Assembly: GCA_018649885.1 (NCBI GenBank)
Contig: JABIHA010000085.1
Location: 36,744-100,743 of the forward strand
Length of the DNA stretch: 64,000 nt
Direction: 5' to 3'
Source of the DNA: Bacteriovoracaceae bacterium
Lineage (GTDB): Bacteria; Bdellovibrionota; Bacteriovoracia; Bacteriovoracales; Bacteriovoracaceae
Every line of letters begins with the position of its first letter. Positions within the stretch are counted from its first letter, which is position 1. The notes under the pieces were generated by a model. The model saw only the letters and a list, made by a program, of their open reading frames with translations, did no database searches and was not told where the DNA came from. A program made the translations under genes and the position numbers. This document shows, piece after piece, positions 20,047-29,871 of the stretch.

Positions 20047-20876
20047 TGGGATCTGGTGAGGCACTCATTTACGGCATTATTCAAGGCCTGACAGAATTTT
20101 TACCTGTAAGCAGCTCGGCCCATCTTGCACTTCTTCCCCATTTTTTAAATATAAAAGATCCGGGCGTTACCTTTGATTTAATTATGCACCTAGGAACAGC
20201 GCTATCGGTGGTAGTTTATTTTAGAAAAAAATTATATGCTTCACTCAAGGTGTTTATTCCAGCTTGCAAAATTTGGCAGAAAAATTCGGACTCTCATGTG
20301 CAGCTGGTGAGATATTTGATTTTCTCGACTGTTTTTTCATTTTCTATCATAATGCTGATAAGGCCCTTCTCCGAAAAGTGGGGAAGAAGTCCGAGTCTTA
20401 TTGCAATAAATTTGGCAGTGTTTGGGCTTTTTTTATTTATTTCTGATAAATACTCGAAAACTCGCGGTGAGATATTAATGACTAATGAGGGAGAGTTAAA
20501 AACTTCACTACTAATTGGTCTTTCTCAAGCGTTTGCTATTTTTCCTGGAGTAAGTCGCTCAGGAGCCACAATTACAGTGGCAAGGTATTTGGGTCTTTCT
20601 AAGAAAGAGGCGAGTGAGTACTCTTTTTTACTTTCACTACCTGTCATATTGGGAGGAATAGTATTCAAGGGGCGAGAGTTTCTTAGTAATTCTGAAACTG
20701 GTCAAGAACAATATATTATCTCTATCATTATTGGAGTGGTGGTAAGTTTTGTTGTTGGCATGCTTGCCATTCATTTTTTCATCAAAATTATTACTAAATT
20801 TGGTCTTCTAAGCTTTTTTCTCTACCGCGCAGGTCTGGCCATTTTAGTAATGGTATTTCTCCAGTATTCAAAATAA
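20043..20876 (+). CDS. uppP: Undecaprenyl-diphosphate phosphatase
   Basis: [34 protein letters not shown] and SRSGATI match UppP/BacA. The ATGA start overlaps the upstream stop. Confidence 0.9.
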   Translation: [277 protein letters not shown]

Positions 20877-20910
20877 AAAAAGGTGCACTACAAGTGCACC
20901 TAAATTTTTA
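20875..20910. terminator. Bidirectional rho-independent terminator
   Basis: GGTGCAC-tacaa-GTGCACC hairpin flanked by an A-run on one side and taaattttt on the other. It sits between convergent uppP and the 20930..21400 gene. Confidence 0.6.
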
Positions 20911-20929
20911 GATTATTTTTTTAAAATTA

Positions 20930-21400
20930 TTATTCAGTGGCAGCTTCTTCTATATCTGAATCTGAGACCACTGCAGATTCGTCTATAGCTGCTTCGCTCT
21001 CACTACTACCTTCTTTAACAAGTTCATCACATTTTTTCTTTACCCATTTTTGTGAAGCCTTAGCAAGCTTTTTGCCATGCTTATTACATTTTTTAATTTT
21101 GCTATCATCACCTGAGAAAGTTGACTCACAAAGATCTTTCCCTGCATCTTTTACATCTTTATATTTTTTACCATCTTTTAAAATAGGCTCGATAACTGCA
21201 ATTAGACCTGCTTCATCTACACCACTGCTAACCATCTTCTTGTGAATTTTTCCATTTTTCTTTGTAAGCTTTCTACATTTCTTAGCTCTTTTTAAGAATT
21301 TCTTCACAGAACCTTTAAGTTTTAGTTTGGCATCAGCATTTTGAACTCCTGCAAGAGTAAATGCTAAAAATAATACACTTAAAATCTTCATTTTTTCCAC
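20930..21400 (-). CDS. Small secreted lysine-rich protein with an acidic C-terminal tail
   Basis: Signal peptide MEKMKILSVLFLAFTLAGVQNADA, then K-rich sequence with 4 Cys, ending in SESEAAIDESAVVSDSDIEEAATE. Confidence 0.55.
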   Translation of the reverse strand: MEKMKILSVLFLAFTLAGVQNADAKLKLKGSVKKFLKRAKKCRKLTKKNGKIHKKMVSSGVDEAGLIAVIEPILKDGKKYKDVKDAGKDLCESTFSGDDSKIKKCNKHGKKLAKASQKWVKKKCDELVKEGSSESEAAIDESAVVSDSDIEEAATE

Positions 21401-21664
21401 CCCTGATATAGTTGTTTTAAAGACCGTAAAGTCACGGTTGAATTAGTTTTAATTTACAATGAAATGGAAATAAGACAAATATGATTTGTGTTTTAAAAAT
21501 AGATTGTGTTTAATACCAATTTAGTATTTTAACAAAATCATAAGCTTAAGTTCTCAAGAAAAATGAATCTATTTACCAAAATTAACAAATTATAAAAATA
21601 CTTTCTTAATAATGACTGCCCATTTTTTTTTGCATAACGGATTTTATTCAGTGAATTGACTTTG

Positions 21665-24600
21665 TTAATCGGAAGCTGAGCCACCATCTGATATAGTGGT
21701 CGCATCTACATCTGGTGGGATACAATATACATTTGTAGGCCATCTTAGGCCGTAGTCGAAGTACTCATTGTTAGGACTATCTGAGGCGCCGTCACTAAAA
21801 ATAAAGCGCTGTCTTTGCCCTTCAGCATCATCTCCGCCAGTTCTGTTTGGAATAGGAAGATATCCAGCAGCAACTCCCATATAGACATTTTCAGAACAAC
21901 ACATTCTCTTTGCAAGGGCGACTTGCTCAGCAATCATTGGGTCTTTAATATAGCCTGTAGGATCGTCAAAATTTTCATCTGGTAGATAATTGGCCTCACT
22001 TGAGACGTATCTATTTAAATAGAGGCTGACGTTTGAATAGTCTGGAAGACAACATCTCTTATCAACTGTATCCCCATCATCATAGGCCATGCCTGTACAA
22101 CACTGAGAATCTTCAATATCGTGTGGATATTCAACTCCTGTTGGAAGACAGCAAGAAAGAGTATCTTCAGAGAATACTTTCTTGATATCATCATCAAAGT
22201 TTGTTGTATCATTTGTACTGAAATATGTCCTCGAAGAACCTGAGTTTGAATGGATTAATTCAGCTACAGCAGTGTAATCATCATCAGCTGCTCCACCACC
22301 ACCACTTTGGTAGCCAGGGTATTTAATTGTTCCTGGAATTGGTTTAACATTGTCCCCACCACTATTTGGATTAAAAGCTAGGCTGAAGGGCTCGAAAGTA
22401 CAACCCACATCTTGGTAGTCATCATCTAGGCTTCCAGATGTATTATAAGGTGTAAGTACATAGGCTTGAGGAATTCCTGTTAAATTGAGACTGGCAAAAT
22501 AATCTGAGTAGGCCTTGACTTCTGAATTAGTCATATTTCTTAAACTACAAAGAGTATCATCTTGATTTTCAGGGTCGTCGCAATTTGTAAAAGTAGCGCC
22601 GTCTGCATAACGATAATTGATACACTCTAGATTGGTTTTATCAAATTGTTGCATTTTGGAAGGATCCCAGGTGTGACCACCTCCATTATCGTCTTCATTG
22701 AAATTACGAACCCAATTTTTCGAACAACAACTATTAACACCGATATGATCAAGTGATTTAAATTGGGGTAAATGAAGCTCATCTCCAGTAGTGGGAGATC
22801 CATAGCTATGGTTTGAATCATTACTTGGAGATCTAAGCCAAGGGTATTCAGTGGGCTGATTAATTCCAAGGTAGTATAGGATATTCATTCTAGAGTATCT
22901 CATACTATTATTTATCCCTATATCAACGCCTGCTGCTTTATTTGGATAAAAAGTTGTGGGAGTTCCCTGTGCAGTGGCCACAGTGAGCTTCTTGTCTATA
23001 TCTCTACAACAAACATTTTTTGAAAGATCGTAATCAGTCTCTGAATCTACTGTGTAGCTTCCAGCATTATTGCATATCATATCTTCTTGCCAAAACTTTG
23101 TTTCATATTTATTCATATCGGGGAAGCTCTCATCAACTCCCGCAATTCTGTCACTAATAAAGTCTGATGGGCCACAATCAAAATTTGTAAAACATGCAGC
23201 TCCCGGAGCTTTCAGACATCTATTTTGCTGATGAACTTGTGTTTCCACAGGGTCATCCGGAGTGGCAAAGGGAGTGGCAAGTGGCATACTTGCCTCACTT
23301 TGATAGATTTCCAAGTGGGTCGTTGAAAGGTTTTGAGTGACACTTCGCTCTTTCAATTCATTACTTGTTCTCATAATGGTTGTAGGAGCATTCATGTGAA
23401 AATAGTCTTGTGGATGACCATCAACGTCTTCATTATTTAAGACAGAACATGAAGCAAACATAAAATCTTCTGTAGATGAGGGAGTAGGAGCGGGGACCAT
23501 TCCAATTCCAAGCACTCTATCTGCTAAATCGAAAGTTTCCGATGGCGTGGTTGAGTGAAGATCCTCTAGGGTTTCTACTCCCGACGCCCTTGTAGCACGA
23601 CCAGGAATACATATGGAATCTACTGAGTTTGAACTCAATGTAGATTTAGCTGTTGTTCCTGGGGACTCTGTACCATTTATATAAAGTGGTCTTCCCACAA
23701 TTCTTGCGGAGAGTCCAAAGGTATCTTCGTCTCCTATGGTGACGCTGCTACTTGAGTTTTGGACGGCCTGAGATTTTCCAAACCTTGAAATGGCATTGTT
23801 AAATTTAGAAGTTGTAAGGCCCTCACAGTGGTTTGCCATTGAACATGACAGAAGACCGGTTTCTGAGCTTTGGTTAAATGTAGCAGTTGGTGTTACTGCT
23901 GCGTAAGCTTGAACACACGGTGATCCTCTTCCTCTATATACACATCTTTTATTCTGACCATTGGTGCCATCAACAAGTGTTGTAATTTGTTTATAGTTTT
24001 CGTTCCCTGTGCCTTGAGGAATTTCAACGCCTGAAGAATCAAAAACAGGCCACGAGGTATAGATATTACCTACTTCTTCACATGCATAGTCCCAGCCTAA
24101 TTTACCAATACAGTCCCGGTCATTGTCACAAAAGTGCTGCTTTCTACATTCAGCTCCATCACTTAGATCATCGTGCTCTACGTATGATCCTGAACCATAG
24201 ACAGATGTGACCTCACTGACTTCCACTTGAAAATTAGCATTGGAGGTCAAATCTCCAAAGTATGAGTTCACGGCCAGGTAGAGTTTATTTCCATCTGCCT
24301 TAATTCTTCTTTGATTTCCGACTGAAAACCATGTGATTCCATCAAAAGATCCAATAAGAGATCCGTAATCAAAGCCATACCAATCTCTTTGGTATCCATT
24401 TGCAAAGAGGAAATGCTGAGCGGCCTTCCTATTTTGTCTATTTGTCACGGCATCATCACTTTCAGTGTGGGTCCATGGAATCATTGTTGCCGGAACAAAG
24501 CAGGCCCTACCAAATAAAAGATCATCAGCTCTGTATTGTCCGCCTATAAAAGTACTACTTTCAGTTCTGCTTGTTCTTGTGACGTCTGGAGCATAACCTC

Positions 24601-26770
24601 CCCCTTTATATAGAAAATTGTCGGGGAAAATTTTTGCAAGAGAGGTGTAGTAGTCAGTGCCACAATCCTGGCAACTGCTATAAGAGCCTAGGTCTACAAA
24701 AATATCATAAGATCTTCCTTTGACCAAATCCACTTTTGCCGGTGGGACTGGAGCATCAGAATTATTGACATCAAAAGTTCCATAGATTTCATTGAAGCCA
24801 ATAGTAGAAGTTGTATTGTTCGGTTTTAACATATCATCACTTGTATAAGAAAAAGGTGTTCCTTCTGGAGAGAGATCATTTCCATCTGGTTCATCTTTGG
24901 CAACACCACCCACATCATAGTATCTCATAGGGGCGGCTTTAGAGCTTACATACACAGTTTGTTGTAGTGGTAGCTCACTTGTAACTGGAGTTGGATAATC
25001 ACAAGCGTAATCTACAATGACATCATTGCTTGCATCATCGTCGCCATCATCTTCTAATACTACGGGTTTTAAAAGACATTCACTCTGACCACTACAATCA
25101 CACATTGTATCAATCACAGCGAGCGCAGTTGCTTTTTGAATAATAATATTTGGATAGGTTGTCTTATTGACATAGTATTCGATTTTTATTTTCTGAGTAG
25201 GTTGAACATTATAGGTGCTATTGAAAAGGACTGAATTATTTGAGCCATTGGTTGTTAGTGAATACTGAACTCCACTATAATTTCTTGCCCCGTCTACATA
25301 TACATTTATTGATCTGGTGACATCGGCATATGCTGGTAAATCGAAGTACTGGCTTGAGGACTCATGATCAGACACTATACCATCATCTTGTCCTTGAACA
25401 TAATACTTCCAACATTTTGCTAGATAACTATTTATATCCTCACAGCTTCCATCAATTTTAAATTTTACTTTTAGGACGCCGTCTCTTGCTGTTGAGTTAG
25501 GCGTGAATGTAACAGTGGCCACTGATTTAGCAGTTAAATTATCATTGACGCCACCAAATGCAACGGCCGTGGGAAGAGGAACAGTATCTTCATTGTAAAT
25601 AACGGCGCCACCAAACTCAATTTCGTAAACAGACAGTGTCGAAAGTGGCTTAGCGCCAGATCCGCTGTAAACTGTTGTAAAGTTGAGGTCATCATCAGTT
25701 GTATAAAAGTCATTACTACCTGATGCAATTGTGGCAGCAGCAGTTGGATAATAGACAGTGCAAATGGCCATTTCGTCGTCGCCTGGAGATGTACAGTCAT
25801 AGAGTTCTTTTTTATACCTATAGTCAGCCTCAGCTGTGGCCTCAACATCTGCCGTTGCGTCTGGCACAGCAGTGCTCAGAGGATCAGAACCACATACATG
25901 GAAAAAATCTGGATAGTTTACAAAATCATTTGGATTGGGAGTCACCGCTGCGATGGCATCAAGGAAGTCATCGTACTGACTATCAGCTGCTGTGTAGGTC
26001 GTAATTAATTGACCATCATTTACGCACTGGCCATTAACACAACAATTGTAACCAAGAGACGAGCAATCACCGCTATCATCACAAAAGGGAGCACCATTTC
26101 CAGTGGTATCAGTTCCTGTATTGAGATTACTATCAAGCCTAAGGCCTAGATGAGTCATTGTTATATCACTGACTTGGTTTCCGCCGGTATCCATAAGAAT
26201 AAATGCAGTAGAATCAAATTGTCCGCCACAGCCTGAACATACATTAGAAATCACATAAGCTTTTGAGGCTCCTGGGTAAAGTGATGAGAGTGTATTTGAA
26301 ACATCTGATGTTTGACAGTGACCAGTATTTTGAGATTCATCTTCAGATTGAATATAGAAGTAGTACTCTCTTTCTCCAGTTGAATAATTATGAAAACTTT
26401 GTGAGACAGCGGAAAGAACTCCAAGTTGTTTACTTGAAGATGTTGGGAAATAGCCTGCTACACAAAGAATAATATCAGGGTCTCTGGCTCTCAAATAGTG
26501 GTGGATTTGATTTCCTCTTAGATACATACTGTCTTTGAAATCTAGTGCGATAGTAAGCGTAGAAGTGGTAGTCGTTGATCCATATTGTAAAAAATTGAGC
26601 TCGTCACTAAAAGGATCATTGCTATCATCAGGTGTACTAGTGGCGACGGCCGAGCTCTCTTCCTCTTTAACCGTTTTTCTACCTTTAGTGGGACTTGATG
26701 GAAGACATCCAGAAAAAAAGCATACAACGAAAAAAAGCTCCAAGACTTTTTTTACTATTTGAATCTGCAT
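21665..26770 (-). CDS. Giant Cys-rich lipoprotein (about 1701 aa)
   Basis: Start MQIQIVKKVLELFFVVCFFSGC gives a lipobox-like FSGC. About 80 Cys and many CC/CxxC pairs. S/T/N/D/G-rich with no catalytic motif. An alternative start at 26788 or the ORF-track start at 26857 is possible. Confidence 0.7.
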   Translation of the reverse strand: MQIQIVKKVLELFFVVCFFSGCLPSSPTKGRKTVKEEESSAVATSTPDDSNDPFSDELNFLQYGSTTTTSTLTIALDFKDSMYLRGNQIHHYLRARDPDIILCVAGYFPTSSSKQLGVLSAVSQSFHNYSTGEREYYFYIQSEDESQNTGHCQTSDVSNTLSSLYPGASKAYVISNVCSGCGGQFDSTAFILMDTGGNQVSDITMTHLGLRLDSNLNTGTDTTGNGAPFCDDSGDCSSLGYNCCVNGQCVNDGQLITTYTAADSQYDDFLDAIAAVTPNPNDFVNYPDFFHVCGSDPLSTAVPDATADVEATAEADYRYKKELYDCTSPGDDEMAICTVYYPTAAATIASGSNDFYTTDDDLNFTTVYSGSGAKPLSTLSVYEIEFGGAVIYNEDTVPLPTAVAFGGVNDNLTAKSVATVTFTPNSTARDGVLKVKFKIDGSCEDINSYLAKCWKYYVQGQDDGIVSDHESSSQYFDLPAYADVTRSINVYVDGARNYSGVQYSLTTNGSNNSVLFNSTYNVQPTQKIKIEYYVNKTTYPNIIIQKATALAVIDTMCDCSGQSECLLKPVVLEDDGDDDASNDVIVDYACDYPTPVTSELPLQQTVYVSSKAAPMRYYDVGGVAKDEPDGNDLSPEGTPFSYTSDDMLKPNNTTSTIGFNEIYGTFDVNNSDAPVPPAKVDLVKGRSYDIFVDLGSYSSCQDCGTDYYTSLAKIFPDNFLYKGGGYAPDVTRTSRTESSTFIGGQYRADDLLFGRACFVPATMIPWTHTESDDAVTNRQNRKAAQHFLFANGYQRDWYGFDYGSLIGSFDGITWFSVGNQRRIKADGNKLYLAVNSYFGDLTSNANFQVEVSEVTSVYGSGSYVEHDDLSDGAECRKQHFCDNDRDCIGKLGWDYACEEVGNIYTSWPVFDSSGVEIPQGTGNENYKQITTLVDGTNGQNKRCVYRGRGSPCVQAYAAVTPTATFNQSSETGLLSCSMANHCEGLTTSKFNNAISRFGKSQAVQNSSSSVTIGDEDTFGLSARIVGRPLYINGTESPGTTAKSTLSSNSVDSICIPGRATRASGVETLEDLHSTTPSETFDLADRVLGIGMVPAPTPSSTEDFMFASCSVLNNEDVDGHPQDYFHMNAPTTIMRTSNELKERSVTQNLSTTHLEIYQSEASMPLATPFATPDDPVETQVHQQNRCLKAPGAACFTNFDCGPSDFISDRIAGVDESFPDMNKYETKFWQEDMICNNAGSYTVDSETDYDLSKNVCCRDIDKKLTVATAQGTPTTFYPNKAAGVDIGINNSMRYSRMNILYYLGINQPTEYPWLRSPSNDSNHSYGSPTTGDELHLPQFKSLDHIGVNSCCSKNWVRNFNEDDNGGGHTWDPSKMQQFDKTNLECINYRYADGATFTNCDDPENQDDTLCSLRNMTNSEVKAYSDYFASLNLTGIPQAYVLTPYNTSGSLDDDYQDVGCTFEPFSLAFNPNSGGDNVKPIPGTIKYPGYQSGGGGAADDDYTAVAELIHSNSGSSRTYFSTNDTTNFDDDIKKVFSEDTLSCCLPTGVEYPHDIEDSQCCTGMAYDDGDTVDKRCCLPDYSNVSLYLNRYVSSEANYLPDENFDDPTGYIKDPMIAEQVALAKRMCCSENVYMGVAAGYLPIPNRTGGDDAEGQRQRFIFSDGASDSPNNEYFDYGLRWPTNVYCIPPDVDATTISDGGSASD

Positions 26771-26990
26771 TTTATTAAACTCTCGCATATATCTATTTTT
26801 CCCACTAATTCTTTCGGTTTTTTGCTCTCTAAATCTTATTACTTGACATTCTCTCATGGGTATTAGGGAACGAATTGAACAAGATTGCCAGAGGCCTTTG
26901 AAATCAAAGACTTGAAAAATTAAATGAGACTGCGAATTATGGATTTTCAGCCAAGGAATTTAGGCATAATTATGAGTAAATAAAATTGGT

Positions 26991-28244
26991 TTAAATTTGT
27001 TCAAGGACGTCTAGTAAGGCGAATAGGGCAGCGGTGGCAAATCTATGCTTGAGCTGAATTCTGTTTCCTGGAAACTGATAGGTCTTCTGGGTACTTTGGT
27101 CTTTTGTGTTAACGCAAATAAAAATAGTACCCACTGGTTTTTCTTCGCTTCCACCAGTGGGACCTGCAATCCCGGTTGTTGAGATTCCAATATCGGCGCC
27201 AAGATTTTGCCTTACCCCTGTGGCCATTTCTTCAGCCACACATTCACTAACTGCGCCATGTTTTTTAAGGCTCTGTGGTTTAACTCCCAAAACCCCTTCT
27301 TTGGTAGTATTTGCATAGCTAGTGACACTACCTAGGTAGACAGATGAAGCTCCTGGAACATTGGTAATATGGTGGCTAATTAAACCACCTGTACATGACT
27401 CGCTAACTGCTAGAGTTAATTTTTTTTGTGTAAGTAATTTAACAATATATTGCTGGATAGAGAGATCTCCGATTTGCCAAATATACTCCGAGATTTCATG
27501 ACCTTTAATAAAGGCCAGAAAACCCTCTTCTTTTTTTTGTAGATCCTTTTCACTTGCTGCTTCGAGATTAACAGAAATGGTGACGCCCAAAATATGGGGG
27601 AGAGAAGATAATCTTCCAAAACTTGAAATTTGCTCCCAAAGATCTGGGTATTTTCTAAGAAAAATCGTCTCCTCTGGAAGAGCTTTTGTTTGAATAGAAA
27701 TAGTTTTTTTAAAGCATCCCTTGTGGGCCACAAGACCTTTTTCAAGCCAAGGCCATACGTCTTCTTCTATCATGCCTTGAAATTCACTGGGCACTCCCGG
27801 CATACAAATGATTAAATTCTTGCCTTTTTGGTACATAATACCAGGCGCAATTCCGGCTTGATTGTAGAAGAACTCAACTCCTTTAGGCATTTGGGCGTAG
27901 GGATGATTTTCATCAATAGATTTGTTGTAGCGCTTGTAGGCCTTGTCAGCATAATCAAAGGAAGTTTGAGAAAACTCCATGGGTAAATTGAAAGCAGATT
28001 CAAGTGCAAATTTTGTCAAATCATCATTGGTGGCCCCAAGTCCACCGGTGACAAAAGTGACATCATTTTCTTCAATAGATTTTTGAAACTGGGAGGCGAT
28101 ATCAGAAATATTGTCCCCAATCATGCACCCGCTTCCGAGGCTAAATCCCTTGGAGAATAAAAATTTAGCGAGCCAAAAGGTATTTGCGTCTTTTGTTTTA
28201 CCTTGAAGAAGCTCATCTCCGAGCACAACTAGTTGAAATTTCAT
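26991..28244 (-). CDS. cinA: CinA-family protein (competence/damage-inducible; NMN deamidase-type C-terminal domain)
   Basis: MKFQLVVLGDELLQGKTKDANTFWLAKFL resembles the MoCF/CinA N-domain. The C-terminal part (AVSESCTGGLISHHITNVPGASSVYLGSVTSY) resembles the CinA C-domain. Confidence 0.85.
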   Translation of the reverse strand: MKFQLVVLGDELLQGKTKDANTFWLAKFLFSKGFSLGSGCMIGDNISDIASQFQKSIEENDVTFVTGGLGATNDDLTKFALESAFNLPMEFSQTSFDYADKAYKRYNKSIDENHPYAQMPKGVEFFYNQAGIAPGIMYQKGKNLIICMPGVPSEFQGMIEEDVWPWLEKGLVAHKGCFKKTISIQTKALPEETIFLRKYPDLWEQISSFGRLSSLPHILGVTISVNLEAASEKDLQKKEEGFLAFIKGHEISEYIWQIGDLSIQQYIVKLLTQKKLTLAVSESCTGGLISHHITNVPGASSVYLGSVTSYANTTKEGVLGVKPQSLKKHGAVSECVAEEMATGVRQNLGADIGISTTGIAGPTGGSEEKPVGTIFICVNTKDQSTQKTYQFPGNRIQLKHRFATAALFALLDVLEQI

Positions 28245-28305
28245 GCTAACTACCTTATCTTTTATGATTATTTACTAGACTAAATCAACCTGGGTGAATT
28301 AGACA

Positions 28306-29871
28306 ATGGGAGTGCAAAAGAAAATTCAATTTACTCTCGAATTTGATCGAGACCTACACTCCTACTTGAAAGAAGAATACCCTTGGGTTTCTGACTACCG
28401 AGTTGTTTCAAAATCTCTCGATGCCCGTGGCGCCAATAAGGGAAGAAGACCCTCATTTATTTATCATTTGGAAGTGGTCGGGGAAAATGATGAATTTGAG
28501 CAGTCAATTGAGAAGCTGGTTGATTTAAAAGATTGCAACCATAGGCCTATTATTATTGGGGCTGGGCCTGCAGGATTATATGCGGCCTTAAGGTTAACTG
28601 AATATGGACTCAAACCAATTATTTTCGAACGGGGAGACTCTGCTCAAAAAAGAATGCAAAAGATTGCAAAGTTTTGGAGATATGGGCAGCTAGATTTAGA
28701 TACAAATGTATGTTTTGGTGAAGGTGGTGCAGGGCTTTTTAGTGATGGCAAGTTAATCACAAGAGTAAAGTCTAATCATATTTCCTATGTGATGAAAAAA
28801 ATTGTGGACTTTGGTGCACCTAAAGAAACGGCTTATACTTCAAATCCTCACCTAGGTTCAAATAAAATTAGAAACATTATTTTCAAAATGTCGGAGTATT
28901 TAAAAAATTGTGGTGTCGATATTTTCTATAATACGAAAGTCGACAACCTCCTTTTTTCTGGTGACCAAGTGATTGGGATTGCCACTAAAGAAAGAGGGGA
29001 GTTTAAATCAGACTTTGTCATTTTAGCGACGGGACATTCGGCTCATGAAGTATATCAGCACTTAAGTGAGAACGGCGTTGCGATGAAAGGGAAAGACTTT
29101 GCTATTGGCGTGAGAATTGAACACAAAAGAGAGTACCTCGACAAAATTCAGCTGGGTGATTTTTGTGGTGATCCCCTTATTGGTAGTTCTCGCTACCGCC
29201 TTGCGGACCACAATAAAGAAACTGGAAGAGGATGCTATAGCTTTTGTATGTGTCCAGGTGGATATGTTCTATCTTCAGGAACTGAAAAAGATGGCATCGT
29301 GGTCAATGGCATGAGCAATTACAAGCGAAGCTCTGCATGGTCAAACTCAGCACTAGTCGTTTCAGTTAAGGCCGGAATTGATTTTTCAAGTGATGATGTT
29401 CTTAGTGGTATTAAGTTTCAAAGAGATATTGAAAAAAGGGCCTTTGAATTGTCCAGAAAATCAGCATCAGGTAGAGAGCTACCTTACCAAAGAGTGGGAG
29501 ATTTCCTCGAAGGAAAAATAGGAAAATTAGCTGATCCAATAAGTTCGAGTCCATCAAAAATTGTAAAATCTAATCTTGATGAAATTCTTCCAAACTTTGT
29601 GACAGAGCATTTACGTTCATCACTTGAAAGTTTTGATAGAAAAATAAAAGGTTTTATGAATATGGATGCACTTTTAATAGCACCGGAAACAAGAACCTCT
29701 TCTCCTGTTACCATATCAAGAGATAAAATTAGCTATCAAAGCCTTTCTCACGCTGGACTCTATCCTTGCGGAGAAGGTGCTGGGTTTGCTGGTGGGATTA
29801 CTTCTTCTGCAGTGGATGGGGTCAATGTAGCTGATGCAATTGCTGATAGAGTTAAAGGTGCTTCAATTTAA
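28306..29871 (+). CDS. FAD-dependent oxidoreductase (uncharacterised FAD-dependent dehydrogenase family)
   Basis: IIIGAGPAGLYAALRL is a Rossmann GxGxxG dinucleotide fold. CGEGAGFAGGITSSAVDG near the C-terminus. Confidence 0.75.
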   Translation: MGVQKKIQFTLEFDRDLHSYLKEEYPWVSDYRVVSKSLDARGANKGRRPSFIYHLEVVGENDEFEQSIEKLVDLKDCNHRPIIIGAGPAGLYAALRLTEYGLKPIIFERGDSAQKRMQKIAKFWRYGQLDLDTNVCFGEGGAGLFSDGKLITRVKSNHISYVMKKIVDFGAPKETAYTSNPHLGSNKIRNIIFKMSEYLKNCGVDIFYNTKVDNLLFSGDQVIGIATKERGEFKSDFVILATGHSAHEVYQHLSENGVAMKGKDFAIGVRIEHKREYLDKIQLGDFCGDPLIGSSRYRLADHNKETGRGCYSFCMCPGGYVLSSGTEKDGIVVNGMSNYKRSSAWSNSALVVSVKAGIDFSSDDVLSGIKFQRDIEKRAFELSRKSASGRELPYQRVGDFLEGKIGKLADPISSSPSKIVKSNLDEILPNFVTEHLRSSLESFDRKIKGFMNMDALLIAPETRTSSPVTISRDKISYQSLSHAGLYPCGEGAGFAGGITSSAVDGVNVADAIADRVKGASI

